A DNA stretch of 64,000 nt, taken from positions 1-64,000 of IMG/VR virus record IMGVR_UViG_3300027839_000001. One strand, given 5' to 3'. Within the stretch, counting starts at the first letter, position 1; the number at the start of each line of letters is the position of its first letter. Positions 39,190-48,860 of the stretch are shown here, one piece after another. The DNA is from a virus. The translations under genes were made by a program, and so were the position numbers. Below the pieces are notes generated by a model. The model did no database searches, had not been told where the DNA came from, and was given only the letters and a program-made list of their open reading frames with translations.

Positions 39190-39723
39190 ATGGCAAAGGG
39201 ACCAGCCAAGACAACGATAGGGGTCAAGATTGATAAGTCCAAGGGCAATCTGCTCAGGGGCGTTGAGTGGCTGGAGTATCTCACGACTCCCGAATACAAA
39301 GAAGATGTCAGGGAGACAATGAGAACCAAGGGTAGGCTCACTGAGATTGAGATGGGCGCAAGGAAGGTGATAGAAGAAGAGATCTACAACAAGTACAAAG
39401 GATATCAGGGCGAGGGCAACATAGCTGACTCAATGACGGCAGTTGAAGATGACAGGAAAACAGGAACTACCGTACTGTATTCAGACCCCTCTGTCGCTGA
39501 AGCAAAGTTAGGGCCTCAGTTTTCATATGCCGCATTCTTTGAGAAGCCAATTGAATTTAACTCATTCATTGGTGACGAGGATGAAGGTCTGTCAAAGAAA
39601 AGATACAGGCCATTCTTCGACCAGCTAACAGAGATGTTCATGAAGATGACAGAGAAGCATGCCATGCAGGCTCACAGGATAAACATTTCAAAGCGAATGC
39701 CTAAGACTACAAAGAGAGGCTAG
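39190..39723 (+). CDS. putative neck/tail-completion protein
   Basis: SYAAFFE...RPFF, reminiscent of HK97 gp10-like YAxxxE...RPF. Confidence 0.5.
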   Translation: MAKGPAKTTIGVKIDKSKGNLLRGVEWLEYLTTPEYKEDVRETMRTKGRLTEIEMGARKVIEEEIYNKYKGYQGEGNIADSMTAVEDDRKTGTTVLYSDPSVAEAKLGPQFSYAAFFEKPIEFNSFIGDEDEGLSKKRYRPFFDQLTEMFMKMTEKHAMQAHRINISKRMPKTTKRG

Positions 39724-39724
39724 T

Positions 39725-40252
39725 ATGCCGAACGACTTCTTTAATATGCAAGAGTCACTTAACAGGTCAATACACGCTGTTCTTGCCTACTACTTCACGG
39801 GTGGTAATACAAGAGACATAAACTCAGTGGCAGTGGACTTCACAGACTGTGACATAGTTCACGACATCAGGCGATTGCAGAACGACACTAGCGACAAGCC
39901 AATGATAGCGATAGTTGGATCTAGAATCTCTTCTCACGAAAGAGTGAAGTGCAACGTCGGTGCGAAGGTGGGATTCGAGATAAGGGTTTCCACTGTAAAG
40001 TCCGTGTTCGTAAAGGTAAATCACACTGAGGATTTTACTGGAAGATCAGGCAAGAGATTGGCAGACAGGGTCTATGACCAGCTATCGCTAGTCTTCTCTA
40101 CGCAGATAGCAAGGATAGCGCAGCATGACATATTCATCCCAATGCTGTCTCCAATACCAGCAGAAGTCCCGTCAGAGCAAGAAGCTATACTAAGAGGATC
40201 TCTGACATTCGATGCCAGATTCCTGCACACCATGGATGAAGTAACAGTATAA
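39725..40252 (+). CDS. putative tail terminator protein
   Basis: 175 aa before the tape measure gene (position only). Confidence 0.4.
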   Translation: MPNDFFNMQESLNRSIHAVLAYYFTGGNTRDINSVAVDFTDCDIVHDIRRLQNDTSDKPMIAIVGSRISSHERVKCNVGAKVGFEIRVSTVKSVFVKVNHTEDFTGRSGKRLADRVYDQLSLVFSTQIARIAQHDIFIPMLSPIPAEVPSEQEAILRGSLTFDARFLHTMDEVTV

Positions 40253-40271
40253 TCTTTCCACTGGAAATATC

Positions 40272-43200
40272 ATGGCTGAAGAACTTAGGTCAAATATACT
40301 TATAGCTGGAAGAACTACCGGAAACCTAGAAGGTTTCAGGAAGATACATACCAGCCTTGACAGCATCAAGACAAAGCTTGAGGTGCTGTCTGGCAAAGAG
40401 TACGAGATTAATCTCAGGATCAAGGGGATCGATGAGATCAAGAAGGAGCTTGCTGGACTAGGGGCGCTCGTAGACAACAAGACCGCCAAGCAGAGAGCAA
40501 GGACCACCGCAGCAAAAGCTTCGCAGCAGGAGGGCTTACGTAGACCGGCGGGTGTCATCGGTGCCTCAGCAAAGAAAGTCGATGTCGTATCAGGCAAGGA
40601 GGGTCCTGAACTCACACACACCAGTACTGACATAATCAACCTACGCAATGTTGAAAAGATCAGAACCATAACCGAGAAGGTAATTGACGGAAAGAAGCAG
40701 ATAGTAAAAATAACTGCTGAAGAGAACAACCTCACAGATCGTGCAGTACAGCTAGAGAAGAAGAGAAGCATACAGGCAGAGGAGACAAGGAAGGCGAGAT
40801 CCGCAACCACTGCGAGCTTACGCCGAATGGGTGACAACGCCAGGCAGATGGGGTTCACTGCTGGAACAAAGACAACCACTGTTGACGCTAACACAGGGCA
40901 GTCAGGTACATCACAGAAGTTCTGGAAGACCTCCAGGGATGCCGCCGGAAGGCTAAAGGCCGAGATCCTTGAGGTAAACACAGCCACAAATAAGTACAAG
41001 AAATCAGTAGCGGAAGGAACTGAAGCAGTAAGGTATCTAGACGGGGCACAAGCCAGGGTTCACAAGGCAGAGGTCAGTAGGATAAATAAGATCCTTGGAT
41101 TAATGGACAGGAAGGAAGCCAAGGTAAGGGCGGCATCAGCCAAAGCCCTGTCGACCGCAGATCTCAAGGCAAGGGGTCGGAGTGCAATAGAGAGTGGATT
41201 CACGGCAGAGCCAGCCAAGACTACAACAGACACGTTGACTGGGAATGTAGGCGAGTCCCAGAGATTCTTCAAGTCACGAAGGGTTGGGCTTGCAGCCTGG
41301 GAAGTCGACATACAAAAGATAAACACGGCAACCAATAAGTTTACAACGGAAACTTTACACGGTGCAGCAGCAGCTAAGTTCATGGGTGACTCAATGGCTT
41401 CTGCGGCTGCCAAGGTAGCCCTGTGGACAATTGCGACCACTGCTGTATTCGGTATGTTCAGGCTGATCAGGCAAGCCGCCGACGACATGAAGGAACTTGA
41501 GTCCAACACTGTTTTCCTTGCTCGCGTAGGTAAGAACCTCGGCTCGACGTGGGACGAGCAGATAGCCGGTGCTAGGACGTTAACGCAGGACATTATAAAA
41601 ATGTCGGCAGCGATTGGCGGAAACGCAACGGAAGCACAGAGGTCCGCTGCCGTCTTCCTTCGTGCAGGCCAGACAAGAAGCCAGACACTTGAGTCGGTAA
41701 AGGCTTCACTCTTGGCATCCAAGATTGCTGAGATCGAAGTAGAGGATGCAGCTAACCTGCTGTCTTCAGCATACTTGCAGTTCAATATGAGTGCCAGTGA
41801 CTTGCTACCAACGCTCGACTCACTGAATACACTCTCAAATACGTACAGGGTAACTACTGACGACTTGCTTCAATCTATAAGTAGGGCTGGCTCGGTCATT
41901 TCATCGCACGGTGGAAGCCTGGAAGAACTAGCTGGCCTGACTGCGGTGGTTGCGCAGGAGACATCAAGGACTGGTGCACAGATCGGTAATGCATTCAAGA
42001 CGATCCAATCAAGAATGGATCGATTCGATGTACGAAAGAACTTCTTTGATAAGCTCGGAGTTTCCGCTGTAAAGTTTGACGGTGAAGCAAAGGGTTTACT
42101 TGACACCCTGCTTGAGATGCAGTTCGCAATGGATAGATTGACACTATCTGAAAAGAAAGAAATAGAACAACAGGCTGGCGGTATCAGACAGAAGAACATT
42201 CTTATTGCCGCACTAAAGAATGCAGATGCAGCACTCATAGCTCACAACAGGGCCTTGACAAATGAAGCATCGTCCATGGTTGAATTCCATAGCACAACCA
42301 AGACATTGTCCTCGGCTCTCGATAGGCTGCAAGGTTCATTCACGAGCCTGGCCTCGTCATCGTCAGGAATGATATCAACATTGGCAGCCTCAATGACTGA
42401 GATACTCATAGTCATCACTGAAGTCTTGAATGCAGGAGAAGGGATTCCGATTCAGATGGTAACGGTGGCCGCTGGAATCATACTCGCAAAGAATGCACTG
42501 ATCCTCTTTGCTAAATCTTCATGGGCTGCATCGCTTGGCCTTGCTGGACTTCATACCTTCACTGCTAGGCTCAGGGCTGAGTACGCAAGGCTTACGATGT
42601 CTACAGTCGCGCAAACGAGAGCGCAGATGTTTATGAATAGTACAGCAGCGGCAGGCAAGGTTGCGATGCTCGGTCTTGGCACAGCCATTGGGACAATCCT
42701 TTCACCGACCAATCTTGCTCTCATAGCTGGTGCACTATTGATATCCCAGCTAGGAAGCATAGCTAGAGCACAGACTGCATATAAAGAAGCACTGGAAGAC
42801 GAGGGGATAGCACTGGAAAAATCCCTCAGTATCCACGAGAGAAGATTCAAGGCCCTCCAAAAGACTTCTGGTCAAATAGGCTTGATTCTGAATCAGCTTG
42901 AGACACTACAGGCTGCTGGGGAAGCCGATAAGTTTGCAGAGAAGCTTGAGACGCTCAGGAAATTAGCAGGTAGCGTCAATGTAAAAATAGAAGGAGAAGA
43001 TCTTGAGGCAGTTGCACTTGAGGCACAGAACAAACTCCTTGAAGAACAGTTGACCCAGAAGAAAAAGATGGACAAGGCCAATCAGGTCTTACTTAAGCAG
43101 AAAAAAATCGAGCTTGACACAGCCAAGAAAGAACAGTGGGCAAGGCAGTTCTTCCACGACAGGAGAGCGCACTCGGTAGAGAAGCTCAAGAAAGATGACC

Positions 43201-44774
43201 AGATAATAGAAGACGGCGGACTCTTATATGAGATAGATAGGTTCCTTACTCCAACCAGAAACAACAGGAAGGAATTAATAAGAGATGCATTCGACCAGAT
43301 AGGACTGGACCCAAAAAGCACAGATCCAATGCAGGATCAGATCAAGGAGATGTTCGAGAGGTATCTAGCTCAGACATCATCGAAGGTCGAGGAGCAAAAG
43401 AATGTAGTAGATGGCCTTGAGATTATAATAAATGGACTACAGGAGAAGGTAGACAGGATTAAGGGTCCAGAAGAGACAAGGGGAATGCAGAAGAGAAAGA
43501 ACGAGCTTCACGATGAACGACTAGCGATGCGGCAGAAGTTCGATAAAAGAGAAGAAATGGAAGGGTTCTTCAAGAGGAACCTTACAAGAACCGAAACGCT
43601 CGATAGAATATCCAAGATCACTGATGAATCTGAGAAGCTAAAGAAGAACGTCGAAGACACGATGAAGCTAACTGGCGAAAGTGCTGAGATCTTCAAGGAA
43701 GACGAAGACAGGCTAGAGAAAATGAGGAAGGCTATATCAGAGATACGCAAGCCTCAGCAGGAAAGGATTTCCACTGTAAAGAATTTCACTGCTAACGCAC
43801 TCAAAGATCTCACTGAAATGAAGTTGAAGCTAGGTGAGATACAGGTAGCAAGGGAGAATGCACTGAGCGGTGCCGGTGGATTCAATCTGCCGTTACGCCA
43901 GAATAATCAGAAGAGAGCCACGCTGGCGGCCTCAATCAAGAATGATGTCGAGATTTTCAAAGAGGCAATGGCGCAAAAGAACGATCCTAATGTCACCCTT
44001 GAGGAAAGAAGGGAAATAAGCGGAAGGATACAAGGTGTCCAAGTAGACATGACGAAAAACCTCGTAGACCTAAAGCAACTCGAACTCTCCAAGGTAGTAA
44101 GCATTGCGAAGGCTGAGGCTGACATAGCGATCTCAAGAAAGAACTCTGCCGATGAGGCACTGCGTGCGCTAGGCGCACTATCAGATGAAGATAAGCTTAG
44201 AGTCGCAGCACAATCTGCTTTCTTTACTGAGAACCCAAACGCAAAGATAACCGCACTAGATAGGTTCAATGCCTCCAGTGAATCAAACAGTATGCTAGAC
44301 AGATTCTGGGGCACCAAGGGAGATCCATTATCTACCAATAATAAAGACCCGACCGTACAGGACCTGCTTGCCAAGGGATTCGGACAGGATCGTCAAACCG
44401 AGAGGGCGGCAGTTGCCCTTGAGCAGATGACCGGAGGCGAGTCACAGGCATCCATTACCAACACAGCACTTGAGTTAACCAGAAGGATAGCTGAAATGGC
44501 TGGCCTTGCAGTCGGAGATCAGGCATCAACAGGACTAGCCAGTTCATTCAATCCAGGCAAGGTAACCCAGAACAGCACCGGACAGATCAACCTTGCAGTT
44601 CCAATACAGCTAAACGAAGGTGCGTTCGACATGTCACCAGTAGTTGAAGCGTTCGTACATGTTGCCGATATAGTAGTCAGGGATGAAATCCAGAGATCAG
44701 AGGCAGCTATAATGGCAGTGATAAACGCCAACAAGCTGAATGCAGACAGAGTCCCTGTTGCTCCAAGAGATTGA
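40272..44774 (+). CDS. tail tape measure protein
   Basis: 1500 aa, helical, A/K/E-rich, TP901-type core (LLQSISRAGS...GAQIGNAFKTI), hydrophobic mid-section. Confidence 0.9.
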   Translation: MAEELRSNILIAGRTTGNLEGFRKIHTSLDSIKTKLEVLSGKEYEINLRIKGIDEIKKELAGLGALVDNKTAKQRARTTAAKASQQEGLRRPAGVIGASAKKVDVVSGKEGPELTHTSTDIINLRNVEKIRTITEKVIDGKKQIVKITAEENNLTDRAVQLEKKRSIQAEETRKARSATTASLRRMGDNARQMGFTAGTKTTTVDANTGQSGTSQKFWKTSRDAAGRLKAEILEVNTATNKYKKSVAEGTEAVRYLDGAQARVHKAEVSRINKILGLMDRKEAKVRAASAKALSTADLKARGRSAIESGFTAEPAKTTTDTLTGNVGESQRFFKSRRVGLAAWEVDIQKINTATNKFTTETLHGAAAAKFMGDSMASAAAKVALWTIATTAVFGMFRLIRQAADDMKELESNTVFLARVGKNLGSTWDEQIAGARTLTQDIIKMSAAIGGNATEAQRSAAVFLRAGQTRSQTLESVKASLLASKIAEIEVEDAANLLSSAYLQFNMSASDLLPTLDSLNTLSNTYRVTTDDLLQSISRAGSVISSHGGSLEELAGLTAVVAQETSRTGAQIGNAFKTIQSRMDRFDVRKNFFDKLGVSAVKFDGEAKGLLDTLLEMQFAMDRLTLSEKKEIEQQAGGIRQKNILIAALKNADAALIAHNRALTNEASSMVEFHSTTKTLSSALDRLQGSFTSLASSSSGMISTLAASMTEILIVITEVLNAGEGIPIQMVTVAAGIILAKNALILFAKSSWAASLGLAGLHTFTARLRAEYARLTMSTVAQTRAQMFMNSTAAAGKVAMLGLGTAIGTILSPTNLALIAGALLISQLGSIARAQTAYKEALEDEGIALEKSLSIHERRFKALQKTSGQIGLILNQLETLQAAGEADKFAEKLETLRKLAGSVNVKIEGEDLEAVALEAQNKLLEEQLTQKKKMDKANQVLLKQKKIELDTAKKEQWARQFFHDRRAHSVEKLKKDDQIIEDGGLLYEIDRFLTPTRNNRKELIRDAFDQIGLDPKSTDPMQDQIKEMFERYLAQTSSKVEEQKNVVDGLEIIINGLQEKVDRIKGPEETRGMQKRKNELHDERLAMRQKFDKREEMEGFFKRNLTRTETLDRISKITDESEKLKKNVEDTMKLTGESAEIFKEDEDRLEKMRKAISEIRKPQQERISTVKNFTANALKDLTEMKLKLGEIQVARENALSGAGGFNLPLRQNNQKRATLAASIKNDVEIFKEAMAQKNDPNVTLEERREISGRIQGVQVDMTKNLVDLKQLELSKVVSIAKAEADIAISRKNSADEALRALGALSDEDKLRVAAQSAFFTENPNAKITALDRFNASSESNSMLDRFWGTKGDPLSTNNKDPTVQDLLAKGFGQDRQTERAAVALEQMTGGESQASITNTALELTRRIAEMAGLAVGDQASTGLASSFNPGKVTQNSTGQINLAVPIQLNEGAFDMSPVVEAFVHVADIVVRDEIQRSEAAIMAVINANKLNADRVPVAPRD

Positions 44775-44807
44775 CCGCAAGGTAAATAATTTACACTGGA
44801 AAGAAAC

Positions 44808-45872
44808 ATGCCAGAAAATCCAGTAATACTTATACTTCAGTCAACGGCTGAAGATTACTTCTTCGCTGATGTAGACATGCCTATAATGTCTCGTCGGATT
44901 GACAACGCACGCGCGTTGGATCAGGGGCACAGTAGAGTCAAGTACACCGTCACCTTCAGTGGGTTTTTCACAGGAAACACTCATGACGAGATCATAGAGA
45001 AGTACATGGCACTTGAGAAGTCACTCAAGGTTAACGACCTACAGGTGTACTACTACGACGGCCAACGCGAACTTATGAACTACGTAACATGTTACCTTGA
45101 CTCACTCAACGAGCCAGGCGACTGGAAGCAGTACGACGGCACGTACGCTATCACACTGCACTACTTTGGTGACGTAACAGACAGCACGAGCCTCGGAATC
45201 CAGGCCCTGTACACATCGTCAGTTGGTACGTATTCATTTCTTCCTCCGCCAAACTGGTCGTCAACAAAGAAGCCAGTACGAAAGAACCCGTACCGCTCCC
45301 GAGTATCAGGGTACGGAAACCGGATATCGGATGACGTAGTAGTGACTCTAAGTGGATTCGTAGCAAGAGATAGCCACAGCGAACTCAAGGCTGAGGCAGA
45401 GCTAATGGATTCCATCTTTGCTGAAGATGGTCAGTTGGATTACGGAGAGTGGTCTGACACTGTCAGGATTGTAAGCAGAAATATACCAACTGTGTTCCCG
45501 GTAAATTATTTCAACTACTCAATCCAAATTGCATATAAGACAGAGGACATCCACTCTATCTCAAGCAAGCGAATCTACGGCATGGTTCACAAGAATCCGA
45601 AAATCAAAGAGAGGTTTTACTGCGATGACATAGATGTCAAGGAGTACGGATCGTCAGGGCAAGAGGTCCAGTATGACGCATCAGTTTCCTCGAAGACAAT
45701 AGAGCTTGCTCGCGAACTACTAGCTCAAGAGGTAATGCTACTCGTACATCCAGACGGAGTTCTACTGAAGGGCGGGACTGAGACTCAGGACGATGACGCC
45801 CTCAAGGTTTCCGTGTCCTTCAAGAGATACTACAAGACACCACCACTCGCAAACATCTACACGGAGATATAA
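44808..45872 (+). CDS. putative distal tail protein
   Basis: First gene after the TMP; repeated TxSGF pattern. Confidence 0.5.
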   Translation: MPENPVILILQSTAEDYFFADVDMPIMSRRIDNARALDQGHSRVKYTVTFSGFFTGNTHDEIIEKYMALEKSLKVNDLQVYYYDGQRELMNYVTCYLDSLNEPGDWKQYDGTYAITLHYFGDVTDSTSLGIQALYTSSVGTYSFLPPPNWSSTKKPVRKNPYRSRVSGYGNRISDDVVVTLSGFVARDSHSELKAEAELMDSIFAEDGQLDYGEWSDTVRIVSRNIPTVFPVNYFNYSIQIAYKTEDIHSISSKRIYGMVHKNPKIKERFYCDDIDVKEYGSSGQEVQYDASVSSKTIELARELLAQEVMLLVHPDGVLLKGGTETQDDDALKVSVSFKRYYKTPPLANIYTEI

Positions 45873-45877
45873 CCTAA

Positions 45878-46321
45878 ATGGCCGACCCATACTTCCAGAT
45901 GTTCGATAGTGGAGACACTGAGATTTCCAGTGGAAACCCTGTATCTTTCGGACTGGCACAAAAGGGAACAATCAGTTCTACCGTAACGGTAGCCATGTGG
46001 AATGACAGGAACGGCACGTTGTCATCAGACTCAGCGGCAGCACCAATAGTGTCTGCCGTGAATTCAACCGACGACTTGTCCATTATCTTCAGTGGCACCA
46101 CTCGCAATGGATTCGTGTCAATGCTTGAAGCTAGAAGCTGTACGGCAACAAATGCAGTAGCGGACGCAGGCTGTGCGTGGGTTCCGATTAGTCCCACTGA
46201 GTTCCTAACGCTTGGCGTAATGCCCTCCAACTCAAGCAGGGGCATAGAGCTAAGGCTTAACATTCCATCAGACGCTGACTCACTAGCATTGACATCGTTC
46301 ACACTAATGGTTCAAGCATAA
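45878..46321 (+). CDS. putative virion protein
   Basis: 147 aa, beta-rich. Confidence 0.6.
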   Translation: MADPYFQMFDSGDTEISSGNPVSFGLAQKGTISSTVTVAMWNDRNGTLSSDSAAAPIVSAVNSTDDLSIIFSGTTRNGFVSMLEARSCTATNAVADAGCAWVPISPTEFLTLGVMPSNSSRGIELRLNIPSDADSLALTSFTLMVQA

Positions 46322-46923
46322 TGCCAACCCTGACGCTAACAGCACTTGAAACCACCGTCGAGATCGGCGGCATATCTCCACCGTTCTATGATAATGCAGA
46401 CGCAGGAATCATAGACTACGGTGCTGGGATCGAAGCTACGTTCGATGCCGAGGCAGGTATTCTCGCATCCACTGAGTTCGATGCTGAAGTCGGAATAGAA
46501 GAGATTACTTTTGCTCCACCTACCTCAGTGCTTGCAGTGCACATAGCTCACGGTCAGGTGATGGTCGTATGGGACGAGCCTGCTGAACCTACCCTAGTAA
46601 GGAGATACGAAGTCTTCGCAAAGATCAGCACCAGAACTAACTACTCCATGATCAATCACAGAGTTAGGGGCAATCAATGCATACTCAGGCTACCGATGGG
46701 TGCGTCGTACAACATCAGAGTGAGGGCTGTATACAGGACGGGAGACAAGAGTGTGTTTGCGACATCGAAGCTAGGAGAGATTACTATGCCGGAAGACGTA
46801 GTGATGAACGTAACTGCAATATCAGGCTCGACGATTCCAGCAGGTGCAGTATTCTCGGTGAGCAATAGAAACCTGGGTGTCTCGATGGCATTTCAGGCAG
46901 TCAACGCAATTGATATATCTTAG
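46321..46923 (+). CDS. virion protein with fibronectin type III-like domain
   Basis: APPTSV...VVWDEP...YEV...LPMGASYNIRVRAV. Confidence 0.65.
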   Translation: MPTLTLTALETTVEIGGISPPFYDNADAGIIDYGAGIEATFDAEAGILASTEFDAEVGIEEITFAPPTSVLAVHIAHGQVMVVWDEPAEPTLVRRYEVFAKISTRTNYSMINHRVRGNQCILRLPMGASYNIRVRAVYRTGDKSVFATSKLGEITMPEDVVMNVTAISGSTIPAGAVFSVSNRNLGVSMAFQAVNAIDIS

Positions 46924-46941
46924 GTTTACACTGGAAATAAA

Positions 46942-47658
46942 ATGGCTAACTTATTCATAGACTACTACGGAAAAGACTTGGTCGTAGGTTGCTGCACTAA
47001 CCTCATCTATGCAGTCGTCTACAATCAAAGTAGTTCCTCACTTAAGGAGGTGACACCATCTGCTTGGTCGCTCCAGGCTTACCTTGACTCTGCGCATGAC
47101 GACCACGCATTGCTACTGACAGAACATTCCGAGAGAAGCAAGTACTACTTGCTGAATCTAGATGAGGCACAGTTTACGCTGGCAGATACCCCTGACGGTG
47201 AAGAGTACACCATAGAGATATGGAAGTCAGACACGGTCGCACCATACGTCAGGGCAGACGACACCCTGCTTGAGACACAGAAGTTCACTTGGCACGGACA
47301 GGAGAGAGGACTAAGAATCCTTCCGCTACAGCAAACAGCTATTTCAGGCATACAGTCACACATAGCAATGAGCTATGACTCCGACACTCAGACGATCTAC
47401 TATCTCGCTTGGTTAGAAAAAGCAGGGATAATGATAACCGATACAACGAACTGCAACGTAAAGTGGAGAGACAGGACGGGATCTCTAGTAACAAACATTA
47501 ATCAGAGCACGCACCTCACCGATGAGCCTGGGGTGTTCTCTTTCGTCCAGTCCCCGATCACTCCGAACGCAGATGAAACAACGGTAGTAATCTGTAGCAT
47601 AACAGATGCCGATAGTAATGTGTATAGCACGACTCACTCAGTTGTAACGTGGGATTAG
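46942..47658 (+). CDS. putative virion protein
   Basis: 238-aa ORF bounded on both sides by palindrome copies. Confidence 0.65.
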   Translation: MANLFIDYYGKDLVVGCCTNLIYAVVYNQSSSSLKEVTPSAWSLQAYLDSAHDDHALLLTEHSERSKYYLLNLDEAQFTLADTPDGEEYTIEIWKSDTVAPYVRADDTLLETQKFTWHGQERGLRILPLQQTAISGIQSHIAMSYDSDTQTIYYLAWLEKAGIMITDTTNCNVKWRDRTGSLVTNINQSTHLTDEPGVFSFVQSPITPNADETTVVICSITDADSNVYSTTHSVVTWD

Positions 47659-47683
47659 TTTCCACTGTAAAGGGAGAAGCCAA

Positions 47684-48580
47684 ATGGCTAACGGCCAGTA
47701 CAATAATTTCAATCACCGGGTATACAATGGCGACCTTGACTTTCAAGGTGCCGTGGTTTTACATGCCGTACTCCTTAGGTCTACCGGGGCGTACACATTC
47801 GACCCAGATCACGACACGATGAGTCAGATCTTGGCTACTGGTGTGGAGATCACAGTAGCATCGTATGCCCGCGTTGCACTGTCAACCAAGGCAGTCACAC
47901 TCGACGACTCGAACGACAGGACGAAGGTGTCTTGTGACAACATCTCGTTCGGCAGCCTTGAGTCTGGACAGACGGTAGATCAGGTAGTCATCATGGAGTT
48001 CGTCACCGACGACACCGATCACATCCCGTTGTTATACTTCGATGGCACCATTGACGTAACGGCATGCTCCCCAGTGGCAGCACCGCTCTCCGGCAGTGTA
48101 TCTGGAGCTACTGCTGCAAACCCAGTAGTCATCACAGCCACCGCCCACGGCATGGCAGACGGCGACCGAGTTCGACTCACTGGACTCGGTGGTATGACTG
48201 AGGTTAATGATCGAATCTTTACAGTGGCAAATCAAGCCACTAATACTTTCGAGCTTTCCGGTGAGGACGGGACTTCGCACACTGCCTATACGTCAAGTGG
48301 TACATGGAGGCAAGCCAAGACCGTGTACATCGAGAAGCTTCTCGAAACAGTTCCTGCTGACACGGCGCTTGACTTCGGTGGTGGTGCAACGTGCAACCTC
48401 GGTGCAGAGGTAGCAGCGGGTGCGTACTCCCTTGAAGTGTACGATCTTGGTGCAGCCATCGATTCCCGAGACGTATCATCTGATGTCGTAACGGCCCTTG
48501 CATTTCCAGCCGCACTGGGTGGCGGTGCATTCAACTTAAACATTCCCACTGATGGATTGCTTAACATACAAAGTAAGTAA
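47684..48580 (+). CDS. virion protein with an inserted E1-FCCH-like beta domain
   Basis: ATAANPVVITATAHGMADGDRVRLTGLGGMTEVN...FTV...FEL...YTSSG. Confidence 0.65.
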   Translation: MANGQYNNFNHRVYNGDLDFQGAVVLHAVLLRSTGAYTFDPDHDTMSQILATGVEITVASYARVALSTKAVTLDDSNDRTKVSCDNISFGSLESGQTVDQVVIMEFVTDDTDHIPLLYFDGTIDVTACSPVAAPLSGSVSGATAANPVVITATAHGMADGDRVRLTGLGGMTEVNDRIFTVANQATNTFELSGEDGTSHTAYTSSGTWRQAKTVYIEKLLETVPADTALDFGGGATCNLGAEVAAGAYSLEVYDLGAAIDSRDVSSDVVTALAFPAALGGGAFNLNIPTDGLLNIQSK

Positions 48581-48605
48581 CTGACAGACTAACCGGAGAG
48601 CACTC

Positions 48606-48860
48606 ATGCCAAGTAACGAAAAAGCACAACTAACACTACATATCGCGCAGCTCGAAGGTCGCTTGATAAACATCAAAGACAAGACGCCGGAATCTTTCGC
48701 TAGCAACAGGACCATCGCTAAGGCACGGTGTGCAGCAAGGCTTTCCGACATTGCCCGTCAAGAATCCCTAGTGTCAACTGAACTCGCAGCAGCAGAGGCT
48801 AACCTTGCCACTGCCACGGAAAAGATGGTAGCACTCGACGCGGCAGAAGCCGCTGAGTAA
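48606..48860 (+). CDS. small coiled-coil protein
   Basis: 84 aa, Ala-rich; GGAG RBS. Confidence 0.65.
   Translation: MPSNEKAQLTLHIAQLEGRLINIKDKTPESFASNRTIAKARCAARLSDIARQESLVSTELAAAEANLATATEKMVALDAAEAAE

Noticed and set aside
40190-44809. Long antisense ORFs opposite the tape measure gene (and similar ones opposite other genes)
   Set aside because: Shadow ORFs from codon bias of the sense gene; no RBS or recognisable domains
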